From the IMG/VR virus record IMGVR_UViG_3300040816_000831: DNA of 64,000 nucleotides; one strand, written 5' to 3'. This stretch comes from a virus. Each line of letters opens with the position of its first letter. The first letter of the stretch is position 1. Positions 21,783 through 31,353 of this stretch are shown here, piece by piece. Both the position numbers and the translations under genes were made by a program. Below the pieces are notes generated by a model that saw nothing but the letters and a program-made list of their open reading frames with translations, was not told the DNA's origin and did no database searches.

Positions 21783-21787
21783 ATATC

Positions 21788-21795
21788 TATTTATA
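21788..21795 (-). promoter_or_regulatory. Late promoter 5 nt before the gp25 ATG
   Basis: TATAAATA-gatat-ATG. Confidence 0.75.
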
Positions 21796-21799
21796 CTCG

Positions 21800-22801
21800 T
21801 TAACTGCTTCCTTGCTCAACTGTTGTGTTAGGAAGTTGACTTTGTGTATTATTAATTAATGTTTGTACTGATTCTGGTAAATCTATTGTTGATGGAAAGC
21901 CTATTACCTTTAAGTAATCACAGAAACTAAATGTAATTAAATCAATTATGGCACCTAATCCTATGGCATTAAAAAAATCTTCAACCTTTTGAATCCATAG
22001 TTTTATAAGATATGTCTGCCATTCTTCTGTAAACTCTCTTGCTCTTTTTAATAATCTTTCTTTTTGAAACTCTGGTATTTCTACCTTATCATCAAACTCT
22101 CCGCCTAATAAATCTAATAAACTAAATCCAAATATTTGTACCTGTTCTAATTCTTCTATTGTTTTATCTCGTATTAAAGCTTCTAAATCTATTTCTTGTA
22201 AACCTGGAAACGATGGTAATCCTAATGCGTCCCATATTTCATCAAATAAATCTATAAGACCAGAAAATCCACCAGTTAATAAGAGATTCATTTTCTTTGC
22301 AACTTCAGAACGTATATAATTTGCTACAGTTTCTTTTTTAAAATCAGCTGTTTCAAACTTATCCCATATTTTATATTCATCTGGTATTAAATCATATATA
22401 CTATCAATCTCTTCTAGTTTTATATTATCTAAAACACTACTTGGGTCAGTTAAAAAATCAATTATATTAATTTGTATGCCTAATATAGTTACGTTAAATT
22501 CAATAGGAAACAAAGTATTTATTAATTCAAGTATTTGTTTTTGTACATACATTGGAAAATCAGCTGATAACTTCGTTATCATTAATTCCCATTCTATTTC
22601 TGGTATTTCTATCTTTTCAAACTTAGGGTCGACAGAACTTATTAACTTTCTTGTATCTTCAAGAGTTTTTTTTAATTCATCAATCTCATAACGATAAGCA
22701 TGTGTAGCCAATCCACTAAATAAGTTTCTTAAATTAGCTGGAGTAGGTAATAAAACATCAGGACATTCTATTTGTGGCAATGATATACTTGGAGTTGTCA
22801 T
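21800..22801 (-). CDS. Hypothetical acidic helical protein in the baseplate operon
   Basis: 333 aa ORF coupled to gp5; no recognised motif. Confidence 0.7.
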   Translation of the reverse strand: MTTPSISLPQIECPDVLLPTPANLRNLFSGLATHAYRYEIDELKKTLEDTRKLISSVDPKFEKIEIPEIEWELMITKLSADFPMYVQKQILELINTLFPIEFNVTILGIQINIIDFLTDPSSVLDNIKLEEIDSIYDLIPDEYKIWDKFETADFKKETVANYIRSEVAKKMNLLLTGGFSGLIDLFDEIWDALGLPSFPGLQEIDLEALIRDKTIEELEQVQIFGFSLLDLLGGEFDDKVEIPEFQKERLLKRAREFTEEWQTYLIKLWIQKVEDFFNAIGLGAIIDLITFSFCDYLKVIGFPSTIDLPESVQTLINNTQSQLPNTTVEQGSS

Positions 22802-23283
22802 TATATTATTCTAATCTTACCAGTAGAAGTAAATTCTATATGTGAATTTGTTTTACCATGAGTTATTTTTATTTTTTCTGCGCCAGAAGTATTATCTAAT
22901 TCAATCTTATGACCAGCTTTTGATTCATATACTTTATTATCTACTGATGCATCATTTGGTATATCTTTTGTACCATTTGTTTGTGTAGCAATTGAACCCA
23001 TAACTATAGGGTCTTGAGCTGATGGTCCATCTGCAAAGAATCCTACAACCCATGAACCAACTTCTAAATGATGATTACTACCATTACCTTTTATAGATGC
23101 AGATGTAGTTGGCATCATAACAGTTGCCCAAGGTAAATCGGCGACATTTTCTACACCGTCATAATAACCATAAGCATTTACTCTTACTCTATTTAAATTT
23201 TTACTATCATTAATATCTTTTACTTCACCAATAAACCAAGTAAAGACTCCATTTTTAAATTGGTCTACTTTTCTATCAAACAT
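22801..23283 (-). CDS. gp5: Short gp5-like baseplate spike (OB-fold, no lysozyme domain)
   Basis: F.WF.G.V.D..D...L.RVRV...G, LPWA..MMP.TSAS, GSWVVGFF.DG..AQ.P..MGS, ES.AGH.IELDNT.G.E. Confidence 0.85.
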   Translation of the reverse strand: MFDRKVDQFKNGVFTWFIGEVKDINDSKNLNRVRVNAYGYYDGVENVADLPWATVMMPTTSASIKGNGSNHHLEVGSWVVGFFADGPSAQDPIVMGSIATQTNGTKDIPNDASVDNKVYESKAGHKIELDNTSGAEKIKITHGKTNSHIEFTSTGKIRII

Positions 23284-24616
23284 TATTACCTCTTATTTGT
23301 TCTTCAATAAATGAATCTTTTTTAACTTTAGCATTTATATTATAACCTTCTTTACTAAAATGATGAGTAAGACTTGATACGAGATATGCTCCACTTACAT
23401 AATTATCAAATATCTCTCCACTTGCTCCTTCTTTATTTCCTAATTCTTCTGATACATCAGCTTGTTTTAATATTCCAAGACTAATAATTAAACCAGGCGC
23501 AAGGTTAAAATCGCCAGTTAATTTAAGGTCTACTATAGTAGTATCTAAATTATTAATACTCATTCTACTTCTTAATAATGCTTTATCTTTAGTAGGGTTA
23601 TGATAATTATCATAACTGTCAAATGCATTATCATTATATGTTATCCAATGTTGTTTAAAATTTTTAAAATCAATAATTTTTTGACCATCAATAGTCATTT
23701 TATCATTAATTGGTGGAAAACTATTTAATCTATGTCTAGGAGAATCATATTTATGAAGAATTTTATCTCTTGTTTTAGTTGATATATCTAATTTATTTAA
23801 AACAGCTGCAAAACTTCCTTTTTGAGAAGCTTCTAATTTAGAAACATTTAATGAAGATGTCATTTTTTGTATTTTTAATCTTTCTTCTTCAAACATTTTT
23901 TCTTCTTTACTATTATACATAGTTTCTTGTGGTACTGGATTTCTATTATATTGACCATAGATACTATTTTGATTAAGTATTGAAGCGTATGAAGATAAAA
24001 CTAATCCATATTTAGCTGATTCATAAAAATATATTTGTGTACCATCATCAAAAGAATTTCTTAAAATCCAACTAATAGCATCAAGTGGCTGTAAATTAGG
24101 ATATATACCTTTAATAATACCTTTTGTTGAACTACTTATTTGTAATTTTGAATCTAAATTAGTTTTTACTATTTGAGATACTAAAGCTCCAGGCGTTCCT
24201 TGAAACGCAGTATTTAAAAGCTTTTTACTATTTAAATACATATGTTTAGAAACACATATAAGAGTATATGACTTAGAACCTGGTGTTGGTTCAGAAAAAT
24301 TTGCTACATCAGCAATATAAATTTCTAAATCAAATCCTTGGTCTCCAAGTTTTGGTTCTGTTCTTCCAATTATTAAATTAATTTTTTCATTACCAGATAA
24401 TTTTAATTCATTTGTAAGGTTAGTTGAATCTACTAGAAAGATTTCTACTACTATACCTGAACGATGTAAACCTTCATGAATTTTTATATCATGAATAACT
24501 TCTTTTAATTCAACTTTATGACCATTATTTGCTGTAATAATTGCTTGGTCAATACTATAACTTTTCGGAGACACCGATACATTATCTTTACCGATTGAAT
24601 TATAATTATTGCTCAT
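23276..24616 (-). CDS. Putative baseplate hub protein (gp27-like by position)
   Basis: 446 aa between gp53 and gp5; C-terminal GD..L.PG..I, SG.YLV..L.H.F, KKDS pattern of hub proteins. Confidence 0.65.
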   Translation of the reverse strand: MSNNYNSIGKDNVSVSPKSYSIDQAIITANNGHKVELKEVIHDIKIHEGLHRSGIVVEIFLVDSTNLTNELKLSGNEKINLIIGRTEPKLGDQGFDLEIYIADVANFSEPTPGSKSYTLICVSKHMYLNSKKLLNTAFQGTPGALVSQIVKTNLDSKLQISSSTKGIIKGIYPNLQPLDAISWILRNSFDDGTQIYFYESAKYGLVLSSYASILNQNSIYGQYNRNPVPQETMYNSKEEKMFEEERLKIQKMTSSLNVSKLEASQKGSFAAVLNKLDISTKTRDKILHKYDSPRHRLNSFPPINDKMTIDGQKIIDFKNFKQHWITYNDNAFDSYDNYHNPTKDKALLRSRMSINNLDTTIVDLKLTGDFNLAPGLIISLGILKQADVSEELGNKEGASGEIFDNYVSGAYLVSSLTHHFSKEGYNINAKVKKDSFIEEQIRGNNV

Positions 24617-25392
24617 GTGTTAATTAATTCTTTAAATGATTTTACAAAATTAGCCATACTAGCTGGCTCAATAATCCTTATTTTAGAGTTATTATCATTT
24701 GATTCTTCAAGATGTTGTCTATTAGTTACAAAAGATAAATTAGCAGGTGATACACCACCAACAATGTGGTCACTATTAGTCACTGGTTTTTTAAGAGCAT
24801 CGTCTGTTCTGTAATAATAGTATGGTGCGTCAATGTATTTGTATACATTATAAGTAGAAACTGAATCTTCTGATGTTGCTCCTACAATTAATTCTTTAGC
24901 TCCGTTTGATGAACCTATAAATGTTCCTGTTGTATTTTGTACAATTAACTGACTTAAATCAACTATTTTTTTCGTAACTTTTCCAGTTGCGCTACTTACT
25001 GAACCAGTAACTGTTTCGCCCATTTTAAATCTACCAGATAAACTATTTTCATGATTATTAAGTACTTTAGGATTAGTTTCTATTGCAAATCCATTATATG
25101 ATGTTGCCATATAATTTTGAAGTGCTTCTTGACTCATTGGCCAAGCTCTATATCCATCATGTAAATGGTCATTGACAAGAAAGAATGTCCAATAATACAT
25201 AGATGTACCATATATTCTACTTGATACTAAATCAGGTCTTTCTCCATTTTTAATATTATAAAATCGATAGCCTGAAAAGTTATCTAAAAAAGATGGTAAT
25301 GGTCTTACACTTCTAAATAAATCGACCATATTTTGTTTAATACCGGTACGATTAAAATCATATTGTACTTTTGGAAATTGTTTAAAAAACAT
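24613..25392 (-). CDS. gp53: Baseplate wedge subunit gp53
   Basis: MFF..FP.V.Y, Y.I..GERPD.VS..IYG...YYW.F.L.N, WPMS. Confidence 0.9.
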   Translation of the reverse strand: MFFKQFPKVQYDFNRTGIKQNMVDLFRSVRPLPSFLDNFSGYRFYNIKNGERPDLVSSRIYGTSMYYWTFFLVNDHLHDGYRAWPMSQEALQNYMATSYNGFAIETNPKVLNNHENSLSGRFKMGETVTGSVSSATGKVTKKIVDLSQLIVQNTTGTFIGSSNGAKELIVGATSEDSVSTYNVYKYIDAPYYYYRTDDALKKPVTNSDHIVGGVSPANLSFVTNRQHLEESNDNNSKIRIIEPASMANFVKSFKELINT

Positions 25393-26363
25393 TATGCATC
25401 TCCTGTATTTACATTTTTATCTGTGGCAATAAATGGAGATGTTTCTGCAATATAATATCCAGATTCTCTTTCGTCAATAGAATCATCAGTGTCATATAAA
25501 TCTTGACGTACAAGTACTCTTTCTTCCTGGAACCCTATAGTTAAATTAACTTCTAATGGAGCGCCACTATCTTTATGCATTGCTGTGCTTCCTTCATTAA
25601 ATGTTGATTCTAAAGAAGTTATATAACATGGTTTTATTTTTGGCATATATTGATTTATACCACCATTAGAATAAAATTGTATATCAATTAATGGTGGATA
25701 TACTAAAGCAACTGAACCAGCTCTCTTTGGATATAAAAATTTTCTAAAAGTTCTTTCAATTCTTTTAGCCATATCACTTTCTCTTTCATTTTCAGCAATT
25801 AATTTAAAACTAAAACTAAAAGTTCTTACATTTGTGCTTTCATATGCAGTTCTTGTATATGGATTTGTAGCAATACCTAGATTAATAGCACCAGCACTTG
25901 TTATTTTATCAATAGTGCTTGACCCTCCTAGTAATTTATCTTTGCCCATCATAGCAAATGCTCCAACATCAGCATTTGTTATATTAGGACCTTGGCCGCT
26001 TGCCGCGCTTTTTAATAAATTTAAACCACCTCTTATACTACCAACATCAAAATTAGCGTAATTTGCGCCATCTGAAACAGAAAATCCAGGAGGTTGATAT
26101 AAATATATTGCTACTCTTTCTGTAGCCGTAACAGGTTTAATACCAAATCGTATAAATGGTAAACCAGTTTCTTGAGCAGACCCATTTAAGTCTATAGGAT
26201 AGCTATAATGATGAAGTCTACTTAAGTCAACTCTTTCTTGACTATACTTATCCATTTCTTCTGAAACTCTGTTTTTAAACTTGTTAGTAAAATTATCAAA
26301 AAAGCTAGCTTCTTCTTCAGTAGCTGTTTCTATTGTTATGTTTTTGTCTTTTGGTTTAGACAC
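25392..26363 (-). CDS. gp48: Baseplate tail-tube cap gp48
   Basis: NPY...Y....R.F.F.FKL...N..ES..I...F, L.YP, F.E; GTG start with AGGAGA. Confidence 0.8.
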   Translation of the reverse strand: MSKPKDKNITIETATEEEASFFDNFTNKFKNRVSEEMDKYSQERVDLSRLHHYSYPIDLNGSAQETGLPFIRFGIKPVTATERVAIYLYQPPGFSVSDGANYANFDVGSIRGGLNLLKSAASGQGPNITNADVGAFAMMGKDKLLGGSSTIDKITSAGAINLGIATNPYTRTAYESTNVRTFSFSFKLIAENERESDMAKRIERTFRKFLYPKRAGSVALVYPPLIDIQFYSNGGINQYMPKIKPCYITSLESTFNEGSTAMHKDSGAPLEVNLTIGFQEERVLVRQDLYDTDDSIDERESGYYIAETSPFIATDKNVNTGDA

Positions 26364-26375
26364 CTATTTCTCCTA

Positions 26376-26418
26376 TATAAATACTTGTATGTTAATTAAT
26401 ACTATAGAGTTATTTATA
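26376..26418. promoter_or_regulatory. Pair of late promoters for the two divergent operons
   Basis: TATAAATA on + at 26376-26383 (gp4) and on - at 26411-26418 (gp48). Confidence 0.75.
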
Positions 26419-26858
26419 TGAGTTATAGCGGTAGATACACAATAAAACGTCCAGAAAAATATGCTGGTGATGCAAGAAAGGTTGTATATCGATCTTTGTG
26501 GGAAAGACAAGCATTTAAATGGTGTGAAAACAATCCAAAAGTAAAGATGTGGAATTCAGAAGAGGTAGTTGTACCTTATAAATGTACAGTAGATAAAAAA
26601 CTGCATAGGTATTTCGTCGATCTTTTGATACAGATGGAAGACAAAAAGACTTATTTAATAGAAATTAAACCAAAAAATCAAACCATTCCACCTAAAAAAC
26701 GTAGTCGTAAGACTAAAAAATATATTAATGAGATGATTACATATAGTAAGAATCAAGATAAATGGGAAGCAGCTGCTCAATTTGCTGAATACAAAGGTTG
26801 GAAGTTTCAAGTATGGACAGAAGAAACTTTAAAAAATCTAGGCATAAAGATACTCTAA
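26418..26858 (+). CDS. gp4: Head completion protein gp4
   Basis: P.KY.GD...V.YRSLWE, W.SEE.VVPY, HRYFVD, EIKP..QT, N..KWEAA. Confidence 0.93.
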   Translation: MSYSGRYTIKRPEKYAGDARKVVYRSLWERQAFKWCENNPKVKMWNSEEVVVPYKCTVDKKLHRYFVDLLIQMEDKKTYLIEIKPKNQTIPPKKRSRKTKKYINEMITYSKNQDKWEAAAQFAEYKGWKFQVWTEETLKNLGIKIL

Positions 26859-26876
26859 ATCTGTATAAATAGATAT

Positions 26877-27524
26877 ATGGCAAGTTTATTCGATACCTTA
26901 CAAGCAAATGCATTTAGAGCTGGAGTACAAGCTCGTACTAAACAATCGCGTGATTGGTTTAAAAAAGAAGTGCGAGGGTTATCTGTATCAAGACAAAAAG
27001 TTTTAGGAGATTCAGCTTTAGATAGAACTACTACTAATTTGCGTGGAAGCATGTATATGTATTTTTATGACCCTAAGCATAAAGAAACATTACCATACTA
27101 TGATAGGTTTCCATTGACAATAATGGTAGATGCTGCACCTGGCGGATTCTATGGATTAAATCTACATTATTTAAATTATAATACTCGAGCTAGGTTTTTA
27201 GATGACCTAATGGCATTTGGACCAGCTAAATCTACTGAAAGTTCTCGTCTTACACAATTAAGATATAATTTAATATCGGGCGTAAGAAAATTTAAAGAAT
27301 TTAGACCATGCTTTAAACACTATTTAGGAACTAACGTGCGTTCACAGTTTTCAAGAGTCCCAATGACAGATTGGGAGATAGCTATATTCTTACCAGTAGA
27401 ACAATTTCAGAAAAAAGGTAAAACTGCTATATGGAACGAAAGTGCTAAAATTGCAAGAAGTACTGGAGGTATAAGTATCAAAAATACTAAAGCTTATTAT
27501 ATGAGAAATAGGAAGAAAAAATGA
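26877..27524 (+). CDS. gp2: DNA end protector gp2
   Basis: MY.Y.YDPK.KETLPYYDRFPL, GLNLHYL, PCFKHYL; late promoter at 26864-26871. Confidence 0.93.
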   Translation: MASLFDTLQANAFRAGVQARTKQSRDWFKKEVRGLSVSRQKVLGDSALDRTTTNLRGSMYMYFYDPKHKETLPYYDRFPLTIMVDAAPGGFYGLNLHYLNYNTRARFLDDLMAFGPAKSTESSRLTQLRYNLISGVRKFKEFRPCFKHYLGTNVRSQFSRVPMTDWEIAIFLPVEQFQKKGKTAIWNESAKIARSTGGISIKNTKAYYMRNRKKK

Positions 27525-28156
27525 GTATAGACAGACTAAAATCAACAGTATCTAAAAAAGGTGGATTAGCAAAGGCTAATCGATTCAATGTAATGTTTAC
27601 ACCACCAAGTGGTTCACTATTAAACTTTGATGTCGAAAGTATTATTTCATCAGCCATATCAGGCAATTTTAATGCAAAGAATTTAATTAACGATCCAAGA
27701 GACATTGCATTACTTTGTGATTCAGTATCAATACCAGGAAAACAAATTAGTACATTTGAACATCAGACAGTAAGACAATCTAAAAAAATACCTTATGGTA
27801 CAATACATGATGATGTTTCACTTGGTTTTTTACTTACAAATGATTATTATATGAAAACTCTCTTTGATAAGTGGATAAATAGTATAGTAGATACAGATAA
27901 ATATTGTATCGCATATAAAGAAGATATAGTTACTGATGTAATAATACAACAGTTAGATGAACAAGATATACCAATATATGGTATAAAATTGGAGGGAGCA
28001 TTCCCTGTAAGTATGAGTGAAATAGCGTTTTCTAACGAAAGCACTAGCCAGATTCAAAAATTGAATGTGAGTTTTGCTTATGATAAATACGTACCACAAG
28101 GTGCGTTAAGTAGTACAGGTAGCGCAATAAGAAGTGCGTTATCTATATTTGGATAA
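27521..28156 (+). CDS. gp54: Baseplate tail-tube initiator gp54-like
   Basis: GG.A..NRF.V, LC.SV.IPG, F..W...I, L..AFP, V.FAY tail-tube fold motifs. Confidence 0.75.
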   Translation: MSIDRLKSTVSKKGGLAKANRFNVMFTPPSGSLLNFDVESIISSAISGNFNAKNLINDPRDIALLCDSVSIPGKQISTFEHQTVRQSKKIPYGTIHDDVSLGFLLTNDYYMKTLFDKWINSIVDTDKYCIAYKEDIVTDVIIQQLDEQDIPIYGIKLEGAFPVSMSEIAFSNESTSQIQKLNVSFAYDKYVPQGALSSTGSAIRSALSIFG

Positions 28157-28174
28157 TATAATAGGAGAAATATT

Positions 28175-28885
28175 ATGGCTTTACCAGAGCTAAATACAGC
28201 AAGGTATAGTATTGAAATACCGTCAACTGGTCAAACAGTTACGTATAGACCATACCTAGTGAAGGAAGAAAAGATATTAATGATGGCTATGGAGACTAAT
28301 GACCAAAAGGTTATTATGCAAGCTACCATAGATGTTATTAAATCTTGTGTAGATGATATCGATGATGTTGAAAGTTTAGCAATGTTTGACATTGAAACTT
28401 TATTTTTAGCATTACGAGCTAAATCAGTTGGTGAAAAGATTGATTTAAAAATGAAATGTAATGATGAAACATGCGACATGAGAACTGATGTAGTCGTAGA
28501 TTTTGAAGAAATTCAGAATCCAGTAGTTAATAATGAAGAAACTAAAATAATGCTAACAGATGATGTTGGTGTTATAATGAAATATCCATCAGTAAAACAA
28601 GTAAATAGTTTCACTGAAGTTGGAGATGAAGGAGTTGATTCAGCAATGAGTATGATTATTGCTTGTATTGACTCTGTATTTGATGCTGATGATGTATATG
28701 ATTCAAGTAATGAATCTAAAAAATCATTAACAAATTTTATTGAATCATTAAGTTCAGTACAATTTATGAAATTGACAGACTTTTTTAATTCAATGCCAGC
28801 AGTATCATGTACAATTGATTATAAGTGTGCTTGTGGAAAAGATAATACGCAAGAATTAAAGGGCTTACAAAGTTTTTTTACATAG
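28175..28885 (+). CDS. gp26: Baseplate hub assembly protein gp26
   Basis: MALP.L....Y...IPSTG..V.YRP.LVKEEK.L..A.E, LRAKSVGE, GLQSFF end. Confidence 0.92.
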   Translation: MALPELNTARYSIEIPSTGQTVTYRPYLVKEEKILMMAMETNDQKVIMQATIDVIKSCVDDIDDVESLAMFDIETLFLALRAKSVGEKIDLKMKCNDETCDMRTDVVVDFEEIQNPVVNNEETKIMLTDDVGVIMKYPSVKQVNSFTEVGDEGVDSAMSMIIACIDSVFDADDVYDSSNESKKSLTNFIESLSSVQFMKLTDFFNSMPAVSCTIDYKCACGKDNTQELKGLQSFFT

Positions 28886-29073
28886 GCCTTTCGCACGATA
28901 GTCTTGTTAACCATTATAAGACTAATTTTGCAATGATGCAACATCATGGATATAGTTTAACAGAACTAAATGATATGGTACCGTGGGAAAGGGAGATATA
29001 CATAGCTCTTTTGCAGGAACACATAGCAGAAGAAAACGAACGCATAAAAGCGGAAAATAGGAGAATGGGATAA
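28879..29073 (+). CDS. gp51: gp51-like baseplate assembly protein (-1 frame relative to gp26; first ATG at 28933)
   Basis: YIGLSHDSLVNHYKTNFAMMQHHGYSLTELNDMVPWEREIYIALLQEHIAEENER; missed by the ORF track. Confidence 0.85.
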   Translation, partial: YIGLSHDSLVNHYKTNFAMMQHHGYSLTELNDMVPWEREIYIALLQEHIAEENERIKAENRRMG

Positions 29074-29450
29074 TGGCTGAAAACCAAGATAACAGTAGGA
29101 ATGAAGTAGAAATAGACTTAGATAAGTATATGGCTATGATTGAAAAGCTTGACCAACAAGAAGATACAATCAAGGAAATGAAAGAGGAAGCTAGGCAAGC
29201 TGCAGAAAGATTAGGACCTCGTAAAAGAAAATTCATGGATTTATTCTTAGACGATAACGATTTAAACGAAAAAGCAATCATAGGATTTATATCTTTCTTT
29301 TTAATGATGTGTTTCGGTATAACCGATTTAGTCACAGCATTAGTATGGGATTTAGATTTAAAAGTTTCTGAAACAATATACACTTCATTTGTGGTAGTAA
29401 CACTAGGGTCGTTTGGTATTAGTGAAGCTGGTAAAGCATTCGGTAAATAA
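29073..29450 (+). CDS. Two-TM membrane protein with coiled-coil N-terminus
   Basis: 125 aa, AGGAGA RBS, two hydrophobic segments. Confidence 0.75.
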   Translation: MAENQDNSRNEVEIDLDKYMAMIEKLDQQEDTIKEMKEEARQAAERLGPRKRKFMDLFLDDNDLNEKAIIGFISFFLMMCFGITDLVTALVWDLDLKVSETIYTSFVVVTLGSFGISEAGKAFGK

Positions 29451-29460
29451 GGATTAAAAT

Positions 29461-31311
29461 ATGGCATTAAAATCTGGACCTGGGTCCACTCCATTTGATG
29501 ATTTAGTCGATAGTGTAAAGAAAATGAATAGTGACCAAAATGCTATAGCAAAAGAAGCTGCAGTATATTCAAAAGAATTACAAGAACATTTAGAAAAAGA
29601 TTCTATGAATATGAGTCAATCACAAATTGACGCAATGCAAGATTTAATAATGACTTTAAAAGAAGGTCGATTAGATGATTTAGAAAATGATAAAGAACAG
29701 CTTTTACGCGACCGTATGGAAGCAAGAAGAGATGATGAAAGAAATGATAGCTTATTAGATATATTTAAACAGTTAAAAATGCAGTTTAAACTATTACAAG
29801 ATGCCTTTAAAGGTAAAGATGGTATGAGTATAATAGGACTTATATTCAGAACAGCTTTAGTTGGATTTGTAATAGGTCTAGTCCAAGGGTTTATAAAACC
29901 ATATATGGTAGGAATTAAAGCAATCAGTGGAGCTGTATCAAATGTAGCTAGCAAAGCTTATAAATTTTTTGCATTTGATAAACTATTTAATGCAATTAAA
30001 CTTGGATTTACAAATTTTAGAGTTGGTTTTGTTGACCTTTTTAAAAATAGTCGATTAGCTAAATTTTTCCAAGGTGTCAGTAAAGACTCTCTTGGAGCAA
30101 GATTTTTCAATCAAGTTAAACTAGCATTTAAAGATTTTGGTACATTTGGTAAAAACATAATTAATTTTGTAAAAGCTCTTGGTTTTGCGTTTATTGGTTT
30201 GTTTACAGGTGCGCCTACTGCATTTAAAAGATTAGCTGATGCAAAATTAGCATTCTCTCCTAAAGGATTTGTCTTTAGAGTCTTAGGAGGTCTTGTTAAT
30301 TTTGTTAAAAAGCCATTTACATTAATAATCAATAAAGTAAGAGGAGCTTTTACAGGATTATCGTTTGCTTTAGCTGGTATTGCAGATAAAATTGGAGGAC
30401 TATTTAGTCAAGGTGGTAAGACAACTATCTTTACAAAAGCCGCTAATAGGATAAAAGATTTATTTGCTAAACAAGGTCCATTGTCTAGATTCTTTGGTTT
30501 CTTTACTAAAATACAAGGAGTATTTAGAGGAATAGGACAAGTAGTTGGTAAACTACTATGGCCGCTTTTTGCGTTAATTGGATTTATAAAAGGTGCTACT
30601 ACAGAAGCTAAAAAAGAAAAAGATACAGCTAACAAAATTATAGCTGGGTTTATTGGTGGTATAGGTGGAGTATTTAGAATTCTTATTGGAGAATTCGCAG
30701 ACTTCTTAAAACAAGCACTAGGATTCTTAATTGATTTAATACCTGGCGTTGATGGTGTAAGAGAAAAATTTGCACAATTCTCATTTGCTGATTTCTTTGA
30801 TAAAATATTTGACGCGTATAAAAATGCAGTTCTTGGATTATTGAATACAATAAGAGATTCAATTGCAGATATCGGTGTTGGTGGCTTAATAAAAAATATT
30901 ATGCTAAGCCTAATGTCTATCTTTATGAAAATAGCAGCATTTCCAAAGGCAATTGCAGCAGGTGCTTTATCAGCAATAGCAGCAGCTATGCCAGGTGGAG
31001 AAAGTCCGAAAGAAGCTTTTTCTCGTAAATTTAATGAAGTTATGTCTAAAGGACAAGCTGCGGCTGATGCCTTTGAAGCAATGAAAGAAAAAAGAGATGG
31101 TAGAGATTCAGATGGTAATATAATTAAAGCGTTATCTGATGAAGGCAAAATGCTAGCAATGGAAGCAAAAAGAGAAAAATATCCAGCTGGTCCACCTACT
31201 CAACAGCTTTCATATCAAAATGTTACTGGCGGTGCTACAGTAATAGTTAATGGTGACGCTCCATCAGAAGCGGGTATGAAATTTAAATTCTTTAATCAAT
31301 ATTCAGACTAA
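29461..31311 (+). CDS. Tape-measure protein (gp29-like)
   Basis: 616 aa; helical N-terminus then G/F/K-rich amphipathic repeats; downstream of gp26/gp51. Confidence 0.7.
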   Translation: MALKSGPGSTPFDDLVDSVKKMNSDQNAIAKEAAVYSKELQEHLEKDSMNMSQSQIDAMQDLIMTLKEGRLDDLENDKEQLLRDRMEARRDDERNDSLLDIFKQLKMQFKLLQDAFKGKDGMSIIGLIFRTALVGFVIGLVQGFIKPYMVGIKAISGAVSNVASKAYKFFAFDKLFNAIKLGFTNFRVGFVDLFKNSRLAKFFQGVSKDSLGARFFNQVKLAFKDFGTFGKNIINFVKALGFAFIGLFTGAPTAFKRLADAKLAFSPKGFVFRVLGGLVNFVKKPFTLIINKVRGAFTGLSFALAGIADKIGGLFSQGGKTTIFTKAANRIKDLFAKQGPLSRFFGFFTKIQGVFRGIGQVVGKLLWPLFALIGFIKGATTEAKKEKDTANKIIAGFIGGIGGVFRILIGEFADFLKQALGFLIDLIPGVDGVREKFAQFSFADFFDKIFDAYKNAVLGLLNTIRDSIADIGVGGLIKNIMLSLMSIFMKIAAFPKAIAAGALSAIAAAMPGGESPKEAFSRKFNEVMSKGQAAADAFEAMKEKRDGRDSDGNIIKALSDEGKMLAMEAKREKYPAGPPTQQLSYQNVTGGATVIVNGDAPSEAGMKFKFFNQYSD

Positions 31312-31337
31312 AAAAAAGGGGACCATTCAGTCCCCTT
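31310..31337 (-). terminator. Intrinsic terminator between converging tape-measure and gp32 genes
   Basis: AAGGGGAC-cattca-GTCCCCTT stem with 8-U tail on the minus strand. Confidence 0.85.
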
Positions 31338-31353
31338 CGAAAATTAAATTTAA

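Noticed and set aside
28922-31148. Long antisense ORFs (190, 112, 246 aa) and similar antisense ORFs elsewhere
   Set aside because: They mirror well-supported genes, lack RBSs and show typical antisense composition
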